DNA from: Parasitella parasitica NRRL 2501
Lineage: Eukaryota; Fungi; Mucoromycota
Length of the DNA: 64,000 nucleotides
Direction of reading: 5' to 3'
Assembly (NCBI GenBank): GCA_025201805.1
Contig: MU619248.1
Coordinates: forward strand, 302,060 to 366,059
Under the pieces are notes generated by a model, which was not told the origin of the DNA, did not search any database, and saw only the letters and a list, made by a program, of their open reading frames with translations. Position numbers and translations under genes: made by a program. Below are positions 26,326 through 39,764 of this stretch, piece by piece. How positions within the stretch are numbered: position 1 is the first letter of the stretch; every line of letters starts with the position of its first letter.

Positions 26326-27825
26326 CTAATTTGCTTTTGTCCAGGGATCCGTTGGCGGATTTGGAGATTGGCTACTGGTGCTAGTTGCAGTGCTGCTGCT
26401 GCTGCTGCTGCTGCTGCTAAGGGGATCTCTGTCATCATAATATTCCCATAGTCCACAATCTTCGCAATCTTCTTCTGGCATGCAGTTGGGTAAAGGGAAA
26501 TCCTCTGGATTTTTGAGTATGTTTTCTATCACATCTCGGACTCTGTGTGATCTGATATCAACTCTCCATCCATTTTTATTCACCGTATCCCATACACACA
26601 CTTTTCCTGTATGACAACGAGATTCCATAGCGTAACCACCGTACCAGCAACTGCTCGAAGGTCCCTAGTTCGATCCTCGTTCCTTAGCAAACATGCCAAA
26701 TTGATGCAGCCCAATGCTCACTTACCGTACAAACACCAACAAAAATAGGATCTGCAGTGTGACCAAAATGCCAAAGAGGCATTTTCTTGGTTACGGCACC
26801 GGATGGGAGATGCAATCTTGACGAAGCCAGTTTATCGCCAGGTATTTCAAATGTCACAGTAGGAATACCGTAGGTCAATCCCACCAGACTTGCCACAGCA
26901 CCACCCAAAGAATGGCCTGTAATCCATATAGTGCTATTCTTGTAAGTCTCCAGAACATTTTCGATAATGCTCAGCGCATTGTCATAGTAGAGCTCTGAGT
27001 TTTGGATGTTGTTCTGTAAACAGCTGCTCTCGCATTTGTATTCATTTCCCTGGTAGCAATCACATACAGGAGACCAAGCACGGCTGATTCTCGCACAACA
27101 GCAAGAGAAAAGCATATTGTCATTGATCTTGTCCTTTTCTCCTGTGGGGCCCCCGGTCCACAAACCTGCGCTTGTTCCCTTGATACTGACCACAATTAAC
27201 TCGTCATTCTCATCTGCATAAATGTGGCCGCGAATTCCATCTGATTCCCATCCAAACGAGCTATTCTGCTCATCAAGGTTAGCGCCATGTAAGAAACGTA
27301 TTGTTGTCAGTGCCTTACCAGTTGCCAAGGTGCGCCAAGATCATACCACTCGGTATTATTCAAATTGATGTCCAAATAGGCATTGTTAGTCATCATTGCC
27401 AGAGCCAGAACCGAGGGTCTGTGTGTGATGTCGGGCACAAGGCCGATAGTTGATTCTAAATGCATAGGCCTGACACGATTGTCCCATCTCGCAAATGTGC
27501 CGTATTCTCTTTGCATGACCAACTCGTTTATGTCCGCATCGATAGGCTTATCCATGACTGCATATGTACCTTGCAGAGAATATGTAGCGTCCTGTGCATG
27601 GTTGACAGCCATTTCGCTGCCATGGATGTCTATTTTTCGAAAAAGACTTGGAATGGGTCCATGCGCAGAGGCATGGTGGTATACTGTCTTTAACTTTAGG
27701 GTATTTACTGGTTTGTGCGAGGGAAGAAATGGCATCTGTAAGTTGAATGCTTGTGTCAAGGATACTGCAAACAGCAATATTAGCAGCAAACAAGCTTGTC
27801 TTTTGTTTGATTTCAAGCGCATCAT
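26326..27825 (-). CDS. ATG15: Autophagy lipase Atg15
   Basis: N-terminal hydrophobic anchor, VLALAMMTNNAY, FGWESDGIRGHIY, IKGTS, NDNMLFSCCCARIS, lipase motif TGHSLGG, HFGHTADPIF, MESRCHTG. Confidence 0.95.
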
Positions 27826-28839
27826 CGTCTTGCAAAAGGGGGCTTTATATTTGTGTAGGAAAAAGGGATTGATAAGAGTTTTACAATGCGGTTACTTTTT
27901 TTTATGAGAGATTATATATTGTACTGCCGCCTTGACTGTAGCACGAATGATCATAGCTCACCATACCGTGATAATGAGCAGAACTCGTATCACGTGCATG
28001 ACGTTACAACGAATGGATCTGAATATTGCATACCAACTCTCAGTCAAATGATATGATATGACACCAAGTACGATCAAACGTTGACATTTCTCAGCTTTTG
28101 AATACTTTTAGAGAAGATCCACATTTTCCCTTTCTGTTGTGATAATCTCAAACAATTACATAAAGCCTTTCCTCTTTGGGTGCCATATCTTTAGATTCAT
28201 TAAGCGACCTGCAGCGATTTTGTGGGACCCGACAATGATTATCAGAAAAAAAAAAGTTCCTATGAAAACGTAAAAGAAGATTAAATATTCCGTGAGTCAG
28301 GAACCGTCATTATGCCAATTTGCCATCTTGGGGCATTTCACCTTCATAGTCTCACTCCAACAAATACGACAGCTCACAGTTCGCAGCTGGGAAAAAACAA
28401 ATCCAGATGTAAGATATAAAGGTTTGTTTGTTATTATTTACTTGGGATTATGATGACACACAAAGTTTCAACATCAAGAACAGTTAGCATTTCAATGTTC
28501 GACATGATTGCAACTGGAATCGGAGAAACTCTACATGTCAGATTCGACTTGATCTCTTGATGAGCAACCTTTGTTGTGAATCAAGTGGCATCTCCCCCAT
28601 CAGTAAATGCCTTGCTATCAACTCGAACTAAAAGTTTATAAAAACCTCCTGCCATTTTCTTTTTCTTTTTGCATTGCCACTATATCGAGTAGACTACACA
28701 AACAAATATCCAACTGCTGTTCAAAGCAAATTGTTTGGCACTCTATAGACAAACAACATATACTTTTTAATAGACTCGCTTAATCCAATCTACTCTTCTC
28801 TTTCTCTCCTTTTATATATTTCCTTCTAGTCTCTAAATC

Positions 28840-29759
28840 ATGTATGAACCTCATCAAGACACCAAAAATGACAAGCATGTCTTTCCTGAGCCAAATACAT
28901 ACGACTATGCCTCACAGCTAATGTTTGATGCAACCACATTTGGCCCAGTATCGAATCCGATCGAGCTTCATCCCGCCTATCTTGATTTTTTCCAGCAAGG
29001 CGCCGATCCTTATGAAATGATGCGCTATCAGGCTGCCATGCAGCAATCGCACGACTATGCTTCATCATGCTCATCCAACAATACTCCTCCCACATCATAC
29101 AGTCACCCTTTACAGCAGCAGGTAAAATGCCTTATTTTAGTGTGTTGGTTAGACTATTAAACCATATCTTCTATTAGAACTATTCCGTGCCACAGCCACT
29201 ACCCTCTCATTCAATGCAACAACAAACAGCCACCTATCCAATGATGGCATTCCATCAAGATAATAACCCAATGGGCATTTCGTTAGAGCAAGCTACTATG
29301 AACTATTCTATCCCTTACGATCATCAGGCGTACATGGGCGTAGCGCCTGTGCCCACACTGTCCACATCTTCGTCATCGTCATCTTCGTTATCTTCCAACG
29401 CTGCATACGGTTTAAACACAAGCGACAATAGAGGTGCTCAAGTATATGTCAGAAAAGCCTGTGTGTCATGTAAGCAATCCCACGTTGCATGTGATGTCCA
29501 AAGACCGTGCGCGAGATGTGTGAGACTAAATAAAGCTGATACGTGTGTCGACGCTGAAAGAAAAAAGAGAGGAAGACCTTGTGGCTCCAGCAAAAAGAAA
29601 AAAGAACTGCAACAACAACAGCAACAGCAACAGCAACAGCAGCAGCAGCAGCAGCAGCAACAACAACAGCAACAGCAACAGCAACAACAGCATCAGCAAC
29701 AGCAACAGCATCAGCATCAGCAAACCCACTTGGTGGCCAACTACAATCATCTATTGTAA
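28840..29759 (+). CDS. Zn(II)2Cys6 transcription factor (Rds2/Ert1-like cluster) with C-terminal polyQ; intron 29122-29177
   Basis: RKACVSCKQSHVACDVQRPCARCVRLNKADTC followed by the basic RKKRGRP. Confidence 0.88.
29610..29723 (+). repeat. CAA/CAG coding microsatellite (27 consecutive Gln plus Q/H tail)
   Basis: Direct reading of mixed CAA/CAG triplets in frame. Confidence 0.97.
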
Positions 29760-30012
29760 CCTAGTATGGAATTTTAATAAATAAATTATAATTTGTGTTA
29801 TATACAGCATGCATATATCATGATCCTGTGCATTTAAAAATCTGTATGTGGCTGTCTAATCCTGTAATGATGCATTGACATATGAGCTGGTATGTAGAAC
29901 AATGTACTGTTTCTTCCGTTTTTTTTATAAATCTCAAGAATATCAGATAAATTCGTTTTTATCCCACCAAGAGAAGGCGTATTCAGATCACCCAGAGAAG
30001 TAAATCAATAGA

Positions 30013-31108
30013 ATGATAAATGCAAGAGCAAGGCTCAAAACAAAACTACGTATCAGTCGACAGCTAGCAGAGCTGAATACCGCGCACAGCACAAACACAT
30101 CAATTCTTCATAAAGACAAAACGTTACAACAGTCATCACACAAAGATGTAAGTCTTAAGCATATGCAGCCACATGAAATATGAAATTCACAAGGCTTTAA
30201 TCAAGCTTCCAGACATTGACGACCCAAATTGCCATTGTAAAATTTGCAAAGTAACATGCAGCAACCAAGTCGATTACAGTCATCATTTGAAACGTATCCA
30301 CTCGGTAAAACTCAAGAAACCTGACATTGATGATCCCAATCGCCAGTGCAAAGTCTGCAATCTAAAATTCAATACCCAGACAGAGTACCTAGCTCATTTG
30401 GACAGTATCCGCAGCATAGATCCATTACTCAAGAGAACAGAGATACAACAGGAACCAGTAGGCGCACTTCTTGATCCAGATAACCCTAGCTATCATTGCA
30501 GCGTCTGTAATATTACCAAGGAAACCAGACGTGCCTATCGAAAACACTGCCAAAAAGCACATGACATGAGCCTTTGGTCAGGATTTCATGGTCCCTACGC
30601 AAATCCTGGTATTTTACCAGACCCAGCAGACATGAACAACTACTGTAGGACTTGCGACAGGACTTTTAGCAGACACAAGCACTATCTACGCCATTTGATA
30701 TGCATCCATCGAGTAGAATATCGTCCGTCGCCAGCAGCTACCGTTGAAATTTCAGGAAGCAGAGGAAAGCATGCATCACATGTATCAACTCTTCACCAAA
30801 TCTTTGCGCGAAAGCTCACATTAGATCCAGACAATCTTCCCGATCCAAATGACCCAAATTTCTTTTGCCAATTGTGCAAGGTCACCAAGAAATCATTAAA
30901 AAAATACCACTCCCATTGCAAGTCTGTCCATGGCGTGAAAATGAAACGAAAGCTAAATTTCCGGTATCCTGATGCTACTATTGACATACATAACACAAAC
31001 TTTTATTGTGCAAAATGTGATCGATATTCAAAGACGAAGAGGCATTTTTCAAGCCATCTGAGAAAGTATCACGATTACAAGAACAGGCACCTTGCAAAAA
31101 ATCTTTAA
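30013..31108 (+). CDS. Multi-C2H2 zinc-finger protein with PDxDDPN pre-finger repeats (exons 30013-30147, 30194-31108)
   Basis: Five complete CxxC-x12-H-x4-H fingers plus degenerate ones, each preceded by a (L/K)PDxDDPN-like motif. The upstream 45-codon exon splices in frame via a GTAAGT...AAG intron. Confidence 0.85.
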
Positions 31109-31301
31109 TGACTGGCGCTGAAAATTACACAGGGATAGCTCCAATATTAATACATTGCATTGCTTGCACCAAATACTCTAATTTTTTAAGGCTTTACAAG
31201 TATTTGTTAATTGTGAAGTTGATTTTAACTCCTCTCCATATTTGTAAAGAGCCAGCTTGAACCACTTATATTGTTGTTTGTTCCTCTTTTTACAGACTAA
31301 A

Positions 31302-32369
31302 ATGCTATCCACCATTTTCCGTACATCATCTCCTGTGCTTTTTCGCGCCAAAAACAGAGTAATATGCTCATAATTGAAGCTCTTGATGTTCTATTGTATT
31401 AATTCTCTCGATCAGTCCTTCTTTACACAGACTGGCAGCAATATCATTAGTTCTTGGTCAGAATCGCCTCATGCACAAATGGTACCGATGGTGATTGAGC
31501 AGACTGTGAGTCTCCCTTTGGATTTGCCACTCTGAATAGTACTAAGAAATTTTTAATGGACAGGGCCGTGGCGAGAGAGCATACGATATCTTTTCTCGTT
31601 TGTTGAAGGAACGAATTATTTGTCTGAACGGGCCTGTAAGTAGAAAATATTGCCTGTCTCTTTGTATAGGAAAAAGCTCAATTGAGTTATTCGCTCGGTT
31701 AGGTAACAGATGGACTTGCTTCAGTCATTGTAGCCCAACTCTTATTTCTGGAGGCTGAAAGCACTGAGAAACAGATCAGCTTATACATAAATTCACCAGG
31801 TGGGAGTGTTACGGCCGGCATGGCGATTTACGATACAGTGAGTAGCCAGAAAAATTGGATCAAAGCACCGTGCTTAAAACATGTGCGTAGATGCAATATA
31901 TTCAATCGCCAGTATCTACATTATGTAATGGTCAAGCTTGTTCAATGGGATCACTTTTACTCGCTGCAGGTAGTGTGTCAAATACCAACAAACTGAGCAT
32001 AGTTTAATGTAAAATTAACAAGGTGAACCTGGCAAAAGATACGCTTTGCCTAATGCTTCGATCATGATACATCAGCCGTCTGGTGGTGCTGCTGGTCAGG
32101 CATCTGATATTGCTATTCACGCCCGAGAAATTCTGCGTGTGAGAGAGAGACTAAATAGAATCTACCAAAAGCACACTGGCATTCGTGATCTCGAGACTAT
32201 AGGTAAGCCTCGCTTTGAAGGGAAAAGCGACATTACTAACCACCAGCAAATAGAAAAAATGGTCGAAAGAGATTATTTTATGACAGCAGAGGAGGCAATG
32301 AACTTTGGGCTAATTGATAAAGTACTAGAAAAACGCATTGAACACAAGGTAGATGAACCCAAGAAATAA
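31302..32369 (+). CDS. CLPP: Mitochondrial ATP-dependent Clp protease proteolytic subunit
   Basis: MVPMVIEQT|[56 protein letters not shown] (catalytic Ser), MIHQPSGG (His), [11 protein letters not shown] (Asp). Confidence 0.96.
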
Positions 32370-32383
32370 AAACGAAGGCTGTT

Positions 32384-33795
32384 TTACAATGACGAAATGA
32401 GTGATTTTGTAAAGTCAGTGGTGCTTTGTTGCCCTCCCATGTCACGCGTTCTGAACTCTTTGTTCTGAATTGTGAGATAAATTGCATTGGAGATACGGTT
32501 TGCATGATCCAAGAGACCCAAATGTCTCAGCATCATGACAGAGCTGAGTAACATGGCTGTAGGATTGGCAACATTGCTCCCGCCAATATCTTCGCCTACA
32601 TGACGACACCCCTATAAACACATTTGGCTCTTGTTATATACACACACATCATCAATTAATAGTGGTGACTGATTGTAACTTACAGGCTCGAAAACAGCAA
32701 ATTCTCTTCCGAAACTAGATCCGGGGATTATGCCAGGTCCACCAACCAGTCCAGCGCCAACGTTAGAAAGAATGTTGCCATAAAGATTAGGCAAAACTAG
32801 CACGTCGAATTGCTGAGGACGAGAGACCAGCTGCATTGAAGCATTATCTACAATCATGTCGTTGAGGACTATACCAGATTTCTTGTATTCCTTTTCATAA
32901 ATTTCACGGACAGTATTCAAGAATAATCCATCGCCCAATTTCCTATCATTTGCAGCAATACATGTCAACCCACAGAAAGAGAGATTTATCCACACTGATG
33001 TACAGTACTTACATGATGTTTGCTTTATGAACACATGTAACTTTTTTACGGTTATTTTTCAAGGCAAAGTCAAAGGCGAATCGAGCAATACGTTCAGTTT
33101 TGAATCGAGTTACCAGTTTCAATGACTCTACGACGCCGGGGAAAGACTGATGTTCCAATCCAGAGTATTCGCCCTCAGTATTCTCACGGACAATGGCCAA
33201 ATCAATTTCACTAAAGCGTGCTTTCACACCAGGGATAGTTTTAATCAGCGAAATGGAGGCATAAATATCCAAATCCTGCATAGAACGATTAAGTAATTTT
33301 TAACTATGGCTATAGCTTTTAGTCACATTTTTACCTTTCTCATAGACACGTTGAACGAAGCATGTCCTAACCTTGAAACAGGTGTATACAGAATACCCTT
33401 CAACCCAACTTTATTTCTGCGAAGCGATGCCAAAGTTTCCTTCATCAGGTCATCGTTACGAGAAACATGCCCTGACAAGTCAAATTGCTCCCACTCAACA
33501 GGGACTTCTGCGGCCTTGAAAACTGCTTTCACAGATTCAGATAGCTCTTGTCCAACGCCATCTCCAGGAACCAAAGTTACGGTATGCGTCTATTAATGAT
33601 TTTTTCTAGAATACATACGCGATCCATGAAGCAGTTGCTATGACTTACGGTAGAAGCTGAGGCAAAAGAGCGAGAAAAGCTCTATGTGTTTTCGTGTCTA
33701 TCAGTTAATGTTCTTATCTACACGAAAAGCTTAGCAAAATTTACTTTTGTCAGGCTTGAGTAGATGTGGTTTCTTGTAGTCACTTGTCTCAACAT
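32384..33795 (-). CDS. IDH1: NAD-dependent isocitrate dehydrogenase regulatory subunit 1, mitochondrial
   Basis: [57 protein letters not shown] (lacks the catalytic-subunit Asp), EPGCRHVG. Stop TAA at 32384-32386. Confidence 0.94.
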
Positions 33796-34441
33796 GGCTA
33801 GGAAGAGCTAAAAAAGAGCAATATACTTGGTCTATTACTTTGTATCTTCTCTATTTATCCCCCTTTATCTCGTTTTGTTTCGTCACCTTTTGTTTGTGTC
33901 AGCATACACAAGTTCAATCGAGTTTTCAATGCTTTAAAAAATAAATCTACCGTACATATATGCAAACAATTTATGTTGATACATCATATATAATCAAATA
34001 GTATTAAATAACAACGAATTATCCATACATCTTGGGTCATGCTGATGAGCTTTTTCGATGAGACAGAGTACAGCTCGTTGCAACGAGTGAAGTACTGTCT
34101 CGATTGATACGAGTTGTCAATCAGTGCTTGTGTTTTAAAATATGATTCAACGTATAGTATATGGTTGATACATCATCGAAAAAAAAAAAAAAAAAAAAAA
34201 AGGGTGCTTTTTAGCAATAAAATTGGTTCTAAACGCACTGCTAGCTGATGGTTTGAGAAGGAATTGACCTTTTGTCGATGTGTCAGAATCACAGTTCAGC
34301 ATTAATGTCAATGTCTTGAACATGGTTTGTCAATGTCAATCCCATTTCGGACCTTCAACGCCATGGAAAACAACATAAAAGTTACATCCAGGAAAATTTT
34401 TTACCATCGTCAGGGTTTTTTCTCTGGAGTAATACTGCGTC

Positions 34442-37400
34442 ATGAGCGAAGCAAAAGTGCAACTTATTGGTGTCCTTAGAGAAGCCACGTCTCAAGAATA
34501 CAGCAGAATGAAGCAAGCCGAGGTGCTGCTGAAAGAATGGGAAAACTCACCTAGTTTCTTTGCGACTTTGCAGGTTCGTTTCCAAAGAAAATGTTGATCG
34601 TGTTTGTTATAACAGCACACATAACTGATGATGTATAGGACATATTCTATGATCGAACTGTTGATCACAATATTAGAACGTTGGGCGGCATCTATTTGAA
34701 AAATGGGATTGATCGCTTCTGGAGAAGAACCGCTAAAAAGTAAGTTTTGCATCAAATGTTGTCCAAAAATGATGATGTTTCCTTGCTCACCGAGCTTAGT
34801 CCTATCCTTCCAGAGGAAAAGAAGGCCATCCGAGAGAGATTACTTCAGTTTATGGACGAACCCAGTAAAAAGGTAACTATTCTGTAGCAATGGAATGCAC
34901 AGCGCAGTTCTCAACTGATTGACTTGTATCAGCTTACAACACAAAATGCCGTTATCGTTTCACGCATCGCTCGATTGGATTATCCAAGAGATTGGCCCGA
35001 TTTATTGACAACCCTGGTTCGATTGATGGAATCAGCCAGCGCACAGAATCCAAACGAAACACACTTGATTCATTCGCGAATTCTGGAAACATTGAGCGAA
35101 GTTTTATCAGAATTAAGTACTCGGCTTTTGTCTTCTGGACGTCAGCAGTTTGCGCAGATTTCGCCCACTATTTTCCAAGCTGTGGCTCAAGTTTATGTTG
35201 TATACGTAGATCGTACTATAACCAATTTGCAGCAGATCAATGGAAATGTGAATCTGGAAGTCTTGTTGGAGGAGTTGAACATTGTAAGCACATGTGTCAA
35301 GTGTATGCGGGTCCTTATGGTCAGCGGTATACGAGATGTACACAAATATGACGAAACCAGAGTGAGTTGAAAACGTTAGATGCGGATTCTTGAATGCTGA
35401 TGCTTTTCGATTAGACATTCCTGCAAGTTAGCCGCAAACATCTGGAACAATATATGGACTGCCGTAAGTCGACCTTTTCGTAATAGAACGACGGTTAAAG
35501 ATGATGCTGACTATTTGTGGGGGGGGGGGGCGTTTTATTTCTTTCTGAAGGATGTGGACTGATACAGATCAAGCACATTGGCAGTGCGACACAGGTTGTA
35601 GAAAATGCCATTGAGGAGTATGGATTGCTATACGTTGCACTGCAAAAAAAGCACCCTGTTTCAGCTGTGCTTTGCCCAGCATGGCTCGACATTATCCGCT
35701 ACTACTGGCAAAACATCATGGTCGAAGGGTCTCATATTGTAGAGCAATGTAAATCCGGCACACAGGATGAAAATACGGCAGTGTCCAAGGCATTTCTGCT
35801 GCAGGGCATGTTGTTGATCAAGGACACTATCAAAAACGTATCTTATAATGCAGGCCAGCTGGGTGCAGATCTTTTATCAGTGACAGACGAAGAAAAGGAA
35901 TTAGCGGCAGAGGCAGGCCGACTCATCAATGAAGGCTTCTTGACACCTGATTTCGTCAACATCTGTGCTGAAACACTTGTCAGCCAGTACATGTTGATGT
36001 CTCCAAACGACTTTGCTAGATGGGAAGAGGATCCAGAGGGATGCTTCAACAATCTGGATATCGAGAATTGGGAATTCGAGCTTAGAGCTTGCGCAGAGCT
36101 GGCATTTATGAATTTACTAAGTCAATACCGTGATCAATTGGTGCCCATCCTCTTGACTTTGGTGGAGCGTGTAGCAAGTAGGTTCTTTTAGCCAGGCTTC
36201 AAAAATTTGCGCAAAGACTAAACGCGGCATTGTTTTAGCTGTTACGGATAGACAGAGTCTACTGTTCAAAGATGCGGTGTACAATGCAGTTGGTTTAGGG
36301 GTCAACTCATTATTTGGTAAACTTGACTTTGAGCCTTTTGTGATGAACAGATTAGTGGCAGAACTTGGAAACAAGGACCCTAATTTCAAGATTTTGCGAC
36401 GTCGTATTGGCTGGATGCTGGGTCGATGGGTGACTGAGAGCATTAGCGCTGACTGCCGTAAAGTTATTTGCGAGATATTCTTACAACTGATGGCTGAAGA
36501 TGAGGATTTGGTGGTTCGCCTAACTGCTGCAACCGGATTAAAGCATGCGGTGGATGATTGGGATTTCGATATCAGCACTGTTGTGCCTTATTTGGGTTCT
36601 GGCATGTCCTTGTTGCTGAGACTACTGAAAGAAGTCGAAGAATCGGATACAACCATGAAAGTGATTTCGTATATTAATTCCATCATAGATCGAACAGGCA
36701 CTGATGTAGGCTTATATAGGATTGGAGCGTATCCAACTTGTTACTAACGGTTGCCTAGATAATTCCATTCGCAGCAGAGATTGTGCAGTTATTAATATCA
36801 TTATGGGGCCCAAATACAGAACCATTACTGCAATCGTCCCTTGTAGTGACATTTACAAAGATCACAAGTGTAAGTTTGAACATGCATGTGCTATATAACA
36901 TCGTCATTCTCATGTTCTCCCATCCAGGTATTGAACAAACAATCCGTACAGTTGCAACATATCTTGGTTCCCATCATAAAGTATTGCACGGACCGAAATA
37001 ACGCATGTATTTGACAAGGTTTATATGAAGTAGAGTGTGCTAATACGTCATTTCCCTCTTCATAGGAAGCGCACATTTACTTGTTGGAAGACTCTTTGGA
37101 TCTCTGGTGGACCATTTTGCAAAGCACGCCAGCCAGTTCCCCTGACCTACTAACCCTGTTACCAACAGCATTGGATTTATTGGATTACGATACCGAGAAT
37201 TTACGAAAGGTCCTGCTGATTATGGATAGTTACATCATGCTGGACCCTCAAGCTACTTTACAACCAGCCAACACACTTGACATGTTTACTAAATTGGCCC
37301 GTAAGATCGGTCAATCAAGGGAGCAAGCTATTTCATACATGGTGCATACACTTGATTTGGCGCTCCAAAGCGTCCCATTGCAAATGTACGGCGATTCTCT

Positions 37401-38159
37401 GGTTCAATCAGGCTTGCTAGCAAGCGTGCTGCGCGTGTTGGTTGGGAACGAGATATTTGGGTTTGCCATCATGAACTGCATGAATTTGTTTGCTCGTATT
37501 TCAATCTACGATGCCAACATTGTTCTGCAGGTAATTCAATTAACAGCCCAACAAGAGCAAATTGCTGGAAACTTTTTGAGCGATATTCTAGACAAGTGGA
37601 TTGAAAAGGTTAGTGTCAAGGCAAGAAACTGTTTCATGCAGAGCTTAATTTTGTTTTGTTTTTTCCTTGACAAAAAAAAAAAAAAAAACACAGTTTGAGA
37701 ACGTTAGCCAAGCAAGAGCAAGGAAATTAGCTTGCATTGGCTTTACAAATCTTGTCTTGACGGGAAACCCGACCGTTTTATCAAAGCTGCCTAGCATCAT
37801 GGACATCTGGACAAGCGTTGGACCAGATGTAAAAGACAGCGATGGATCAAAGTAAGATTCATTCCAACCGCTGTGTCCAAGGCCAGCACAGCTAAAAATA
37901 TATCTATTATATATATAACTAACGCCGTTTTCTTTTTGCTAGTGTTCTCTATAGCGAAATTGACTTGGAGGGCGATGTTTATGAAATGGACGCGAGTGCA
38001 GAAAAATCCAGAAAGCATGACCTGTCTCACCGTGACCCAGTATATACCATTGACCTCATCCACCTCATCCGCCAAACTGTAAATGAACCAAACATCAGCG
38101 CATTTGTGAATCAAGTCGATCCGGTCATCTTAGAAAAAGTAAAGGAACTCTTGAATTAA
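34442..38159 (+). CDS. KAP120: Importin-11 / Kap120 karyopherin
   Basis: IBN_N segment (QAEVLLKEWE, AGIYLKNGIDRFWRR), RIARLDYPRDWPDL, WEEDPEG, LLFKDAVYNAVGL, ILRRRIGWMLGRWV, DLVVRLTAA...VDDWDF. Confidence 0.9.
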
Positions 38160-38591
38160 AAAAAAACTTAGATTTAATATATATAAAGCGACAACATCGT
38201 TAACTGCTGTAAATATGATGAGGGTATTTCATCTAGAGGCACAGTCGGTCTGGTTACTGGAATGAATAAAGTGGGACGTTTGTCGAGTTGAAGGAACGTT
38301 GTTGTGGCGCACTGTATCCTATTGTTTGATCCTCGCAAGCCCATATTAAAAAGGCTTTCATATTCGTGTTAGAAAACAGCTGTAGCAGGTTTACTAAATG
38401 CAGCACTTGGCAAACAGTTGATTCTATACAACTGACATCAGGGTGTCTATCAGTGATAGGGTGTTTGAATGGAACGCGCAAAGTTTTAATAGTTGATGCT
38501 GATTGTGACGCTACTAAACCCGTTTCAAAATGGTTGCAATGTGGAGTGATTTTTTGACACTCTTTTCTGAAATTGACAAGGAAATCAAAAA

Positions 38592-39694
38592 ATGGTTGTT
38601 GAGAGAGATCAAGGGCTAAAAGACATTAATGTATTTATTGACTCTCAAACTGATACAAGCCAATATGATCCTCATCAAAACGAAGAAGAGCGCCGGGACA
38701 TTAGAAAAAATTATAGAATTTTAAGCGAAAAGACTCAGGGTATGGTTGCTGTCAAGTATGGAATCATAGAACAAAGGATGCTAAACTAAAGCACAGAGAC
38801 ACGGAAGGAGCTGGTTGCACATAACGATGGACAGAGATTGTACAATACTATATCCAAAGCCAACACACTATTCGAATCAGGTAAGAGATACTCGTATCGA
38901 ACAAGGCATCGTAACAGTAACCGTTTTTTTTCTCTCTCTTTTTTCGTCTACACATAGTCAAGAACCCCAACGAAGCTTTACTGGATTCAAAACTAGTTCG
39001 CTTTATTACAGACATCAACAAGGAAAAGATCAAAAATATCAACATTGGAGCAGACACCGAAGTCAGCCTAGATGAAGTTGTAGCTAAAATAAGGAAATTT
39101 TCGAGAGAGGGTACGCAGCACGACGAGGACAGACATTTGGATTGGGAGCACATTGGTAAGGGTGCGTGTACTTTTGGCAAACGAGCTCACACTATGGATT
39201 TCATGCTGGGGGCCATTGGCGTTCAACGCAAACAAGTCAAGAGGACGCATTCCGCACGCATTGTAAAGAATAAGGAAGATTTGGTAACCGTTGCAAAGCT
39301 TCAGCAGGGAGATATTGAAAAGCAGGAAAACGAAACGTCAAAGTGTGTCAACAGTATTTTTACTGTTCTCAAAGAAGTGGGTCCCATAAACTATTTCAAA
39401 TTTGTCACAAATCCCACATCCTTCTCGCAAACCGTAGAAAACATATTTTATGTGTCGTTTCTTGCTAGAAGAGGAAATGCTGGTATCGATGTTAGCAGTG
39501 GCCAGCCCGTCATCAGTGTTAGAGAACAAGTCAATGTTGAAGAAATAGAAGATGCTGTATCGAAAAAGCAAATTATCATAGGCATCTCTATAGACGACTT
39601 TCAAAATATCATTAGCACATACAATATCACATCTACTGTTATACCAACTCGACCAAGGAGTGATGCTGAAGCTAATCGTTCTGGATGGTATTAA
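38592..39694 (+). CDS. NSE4: Smc5/6 kleisin subunit Nse4
   Basis: YDPHQNEEERRDIRKNYR, VKNPNEALLDS, DWEHIG, FMLGAIGV, ENETSK, INYFKFVTNPTSFSQTVENIFYVSFL (Nse4_C). Confidence 0.9.
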
Positions 39695-39764
39695 CTGGAA
39701 AGTAATAAAGAAAAAAATGGACCCCTCCCCTCCCTCACCTTCCCAGCTTTATTACTACTACATT

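Noticed and set aside
34040-34105. Hammerhead ribozyme (CTGATGAG), SECIS (ATGA...GA) or U3 snoRNA interpretation of the hairpin
   Set aside because: No GAAA follows stem II. The GA of ATGA is Watson-Crick paired rather than forming a quartet, and the site is not in a 3' UTR. No U3 box A or box D.
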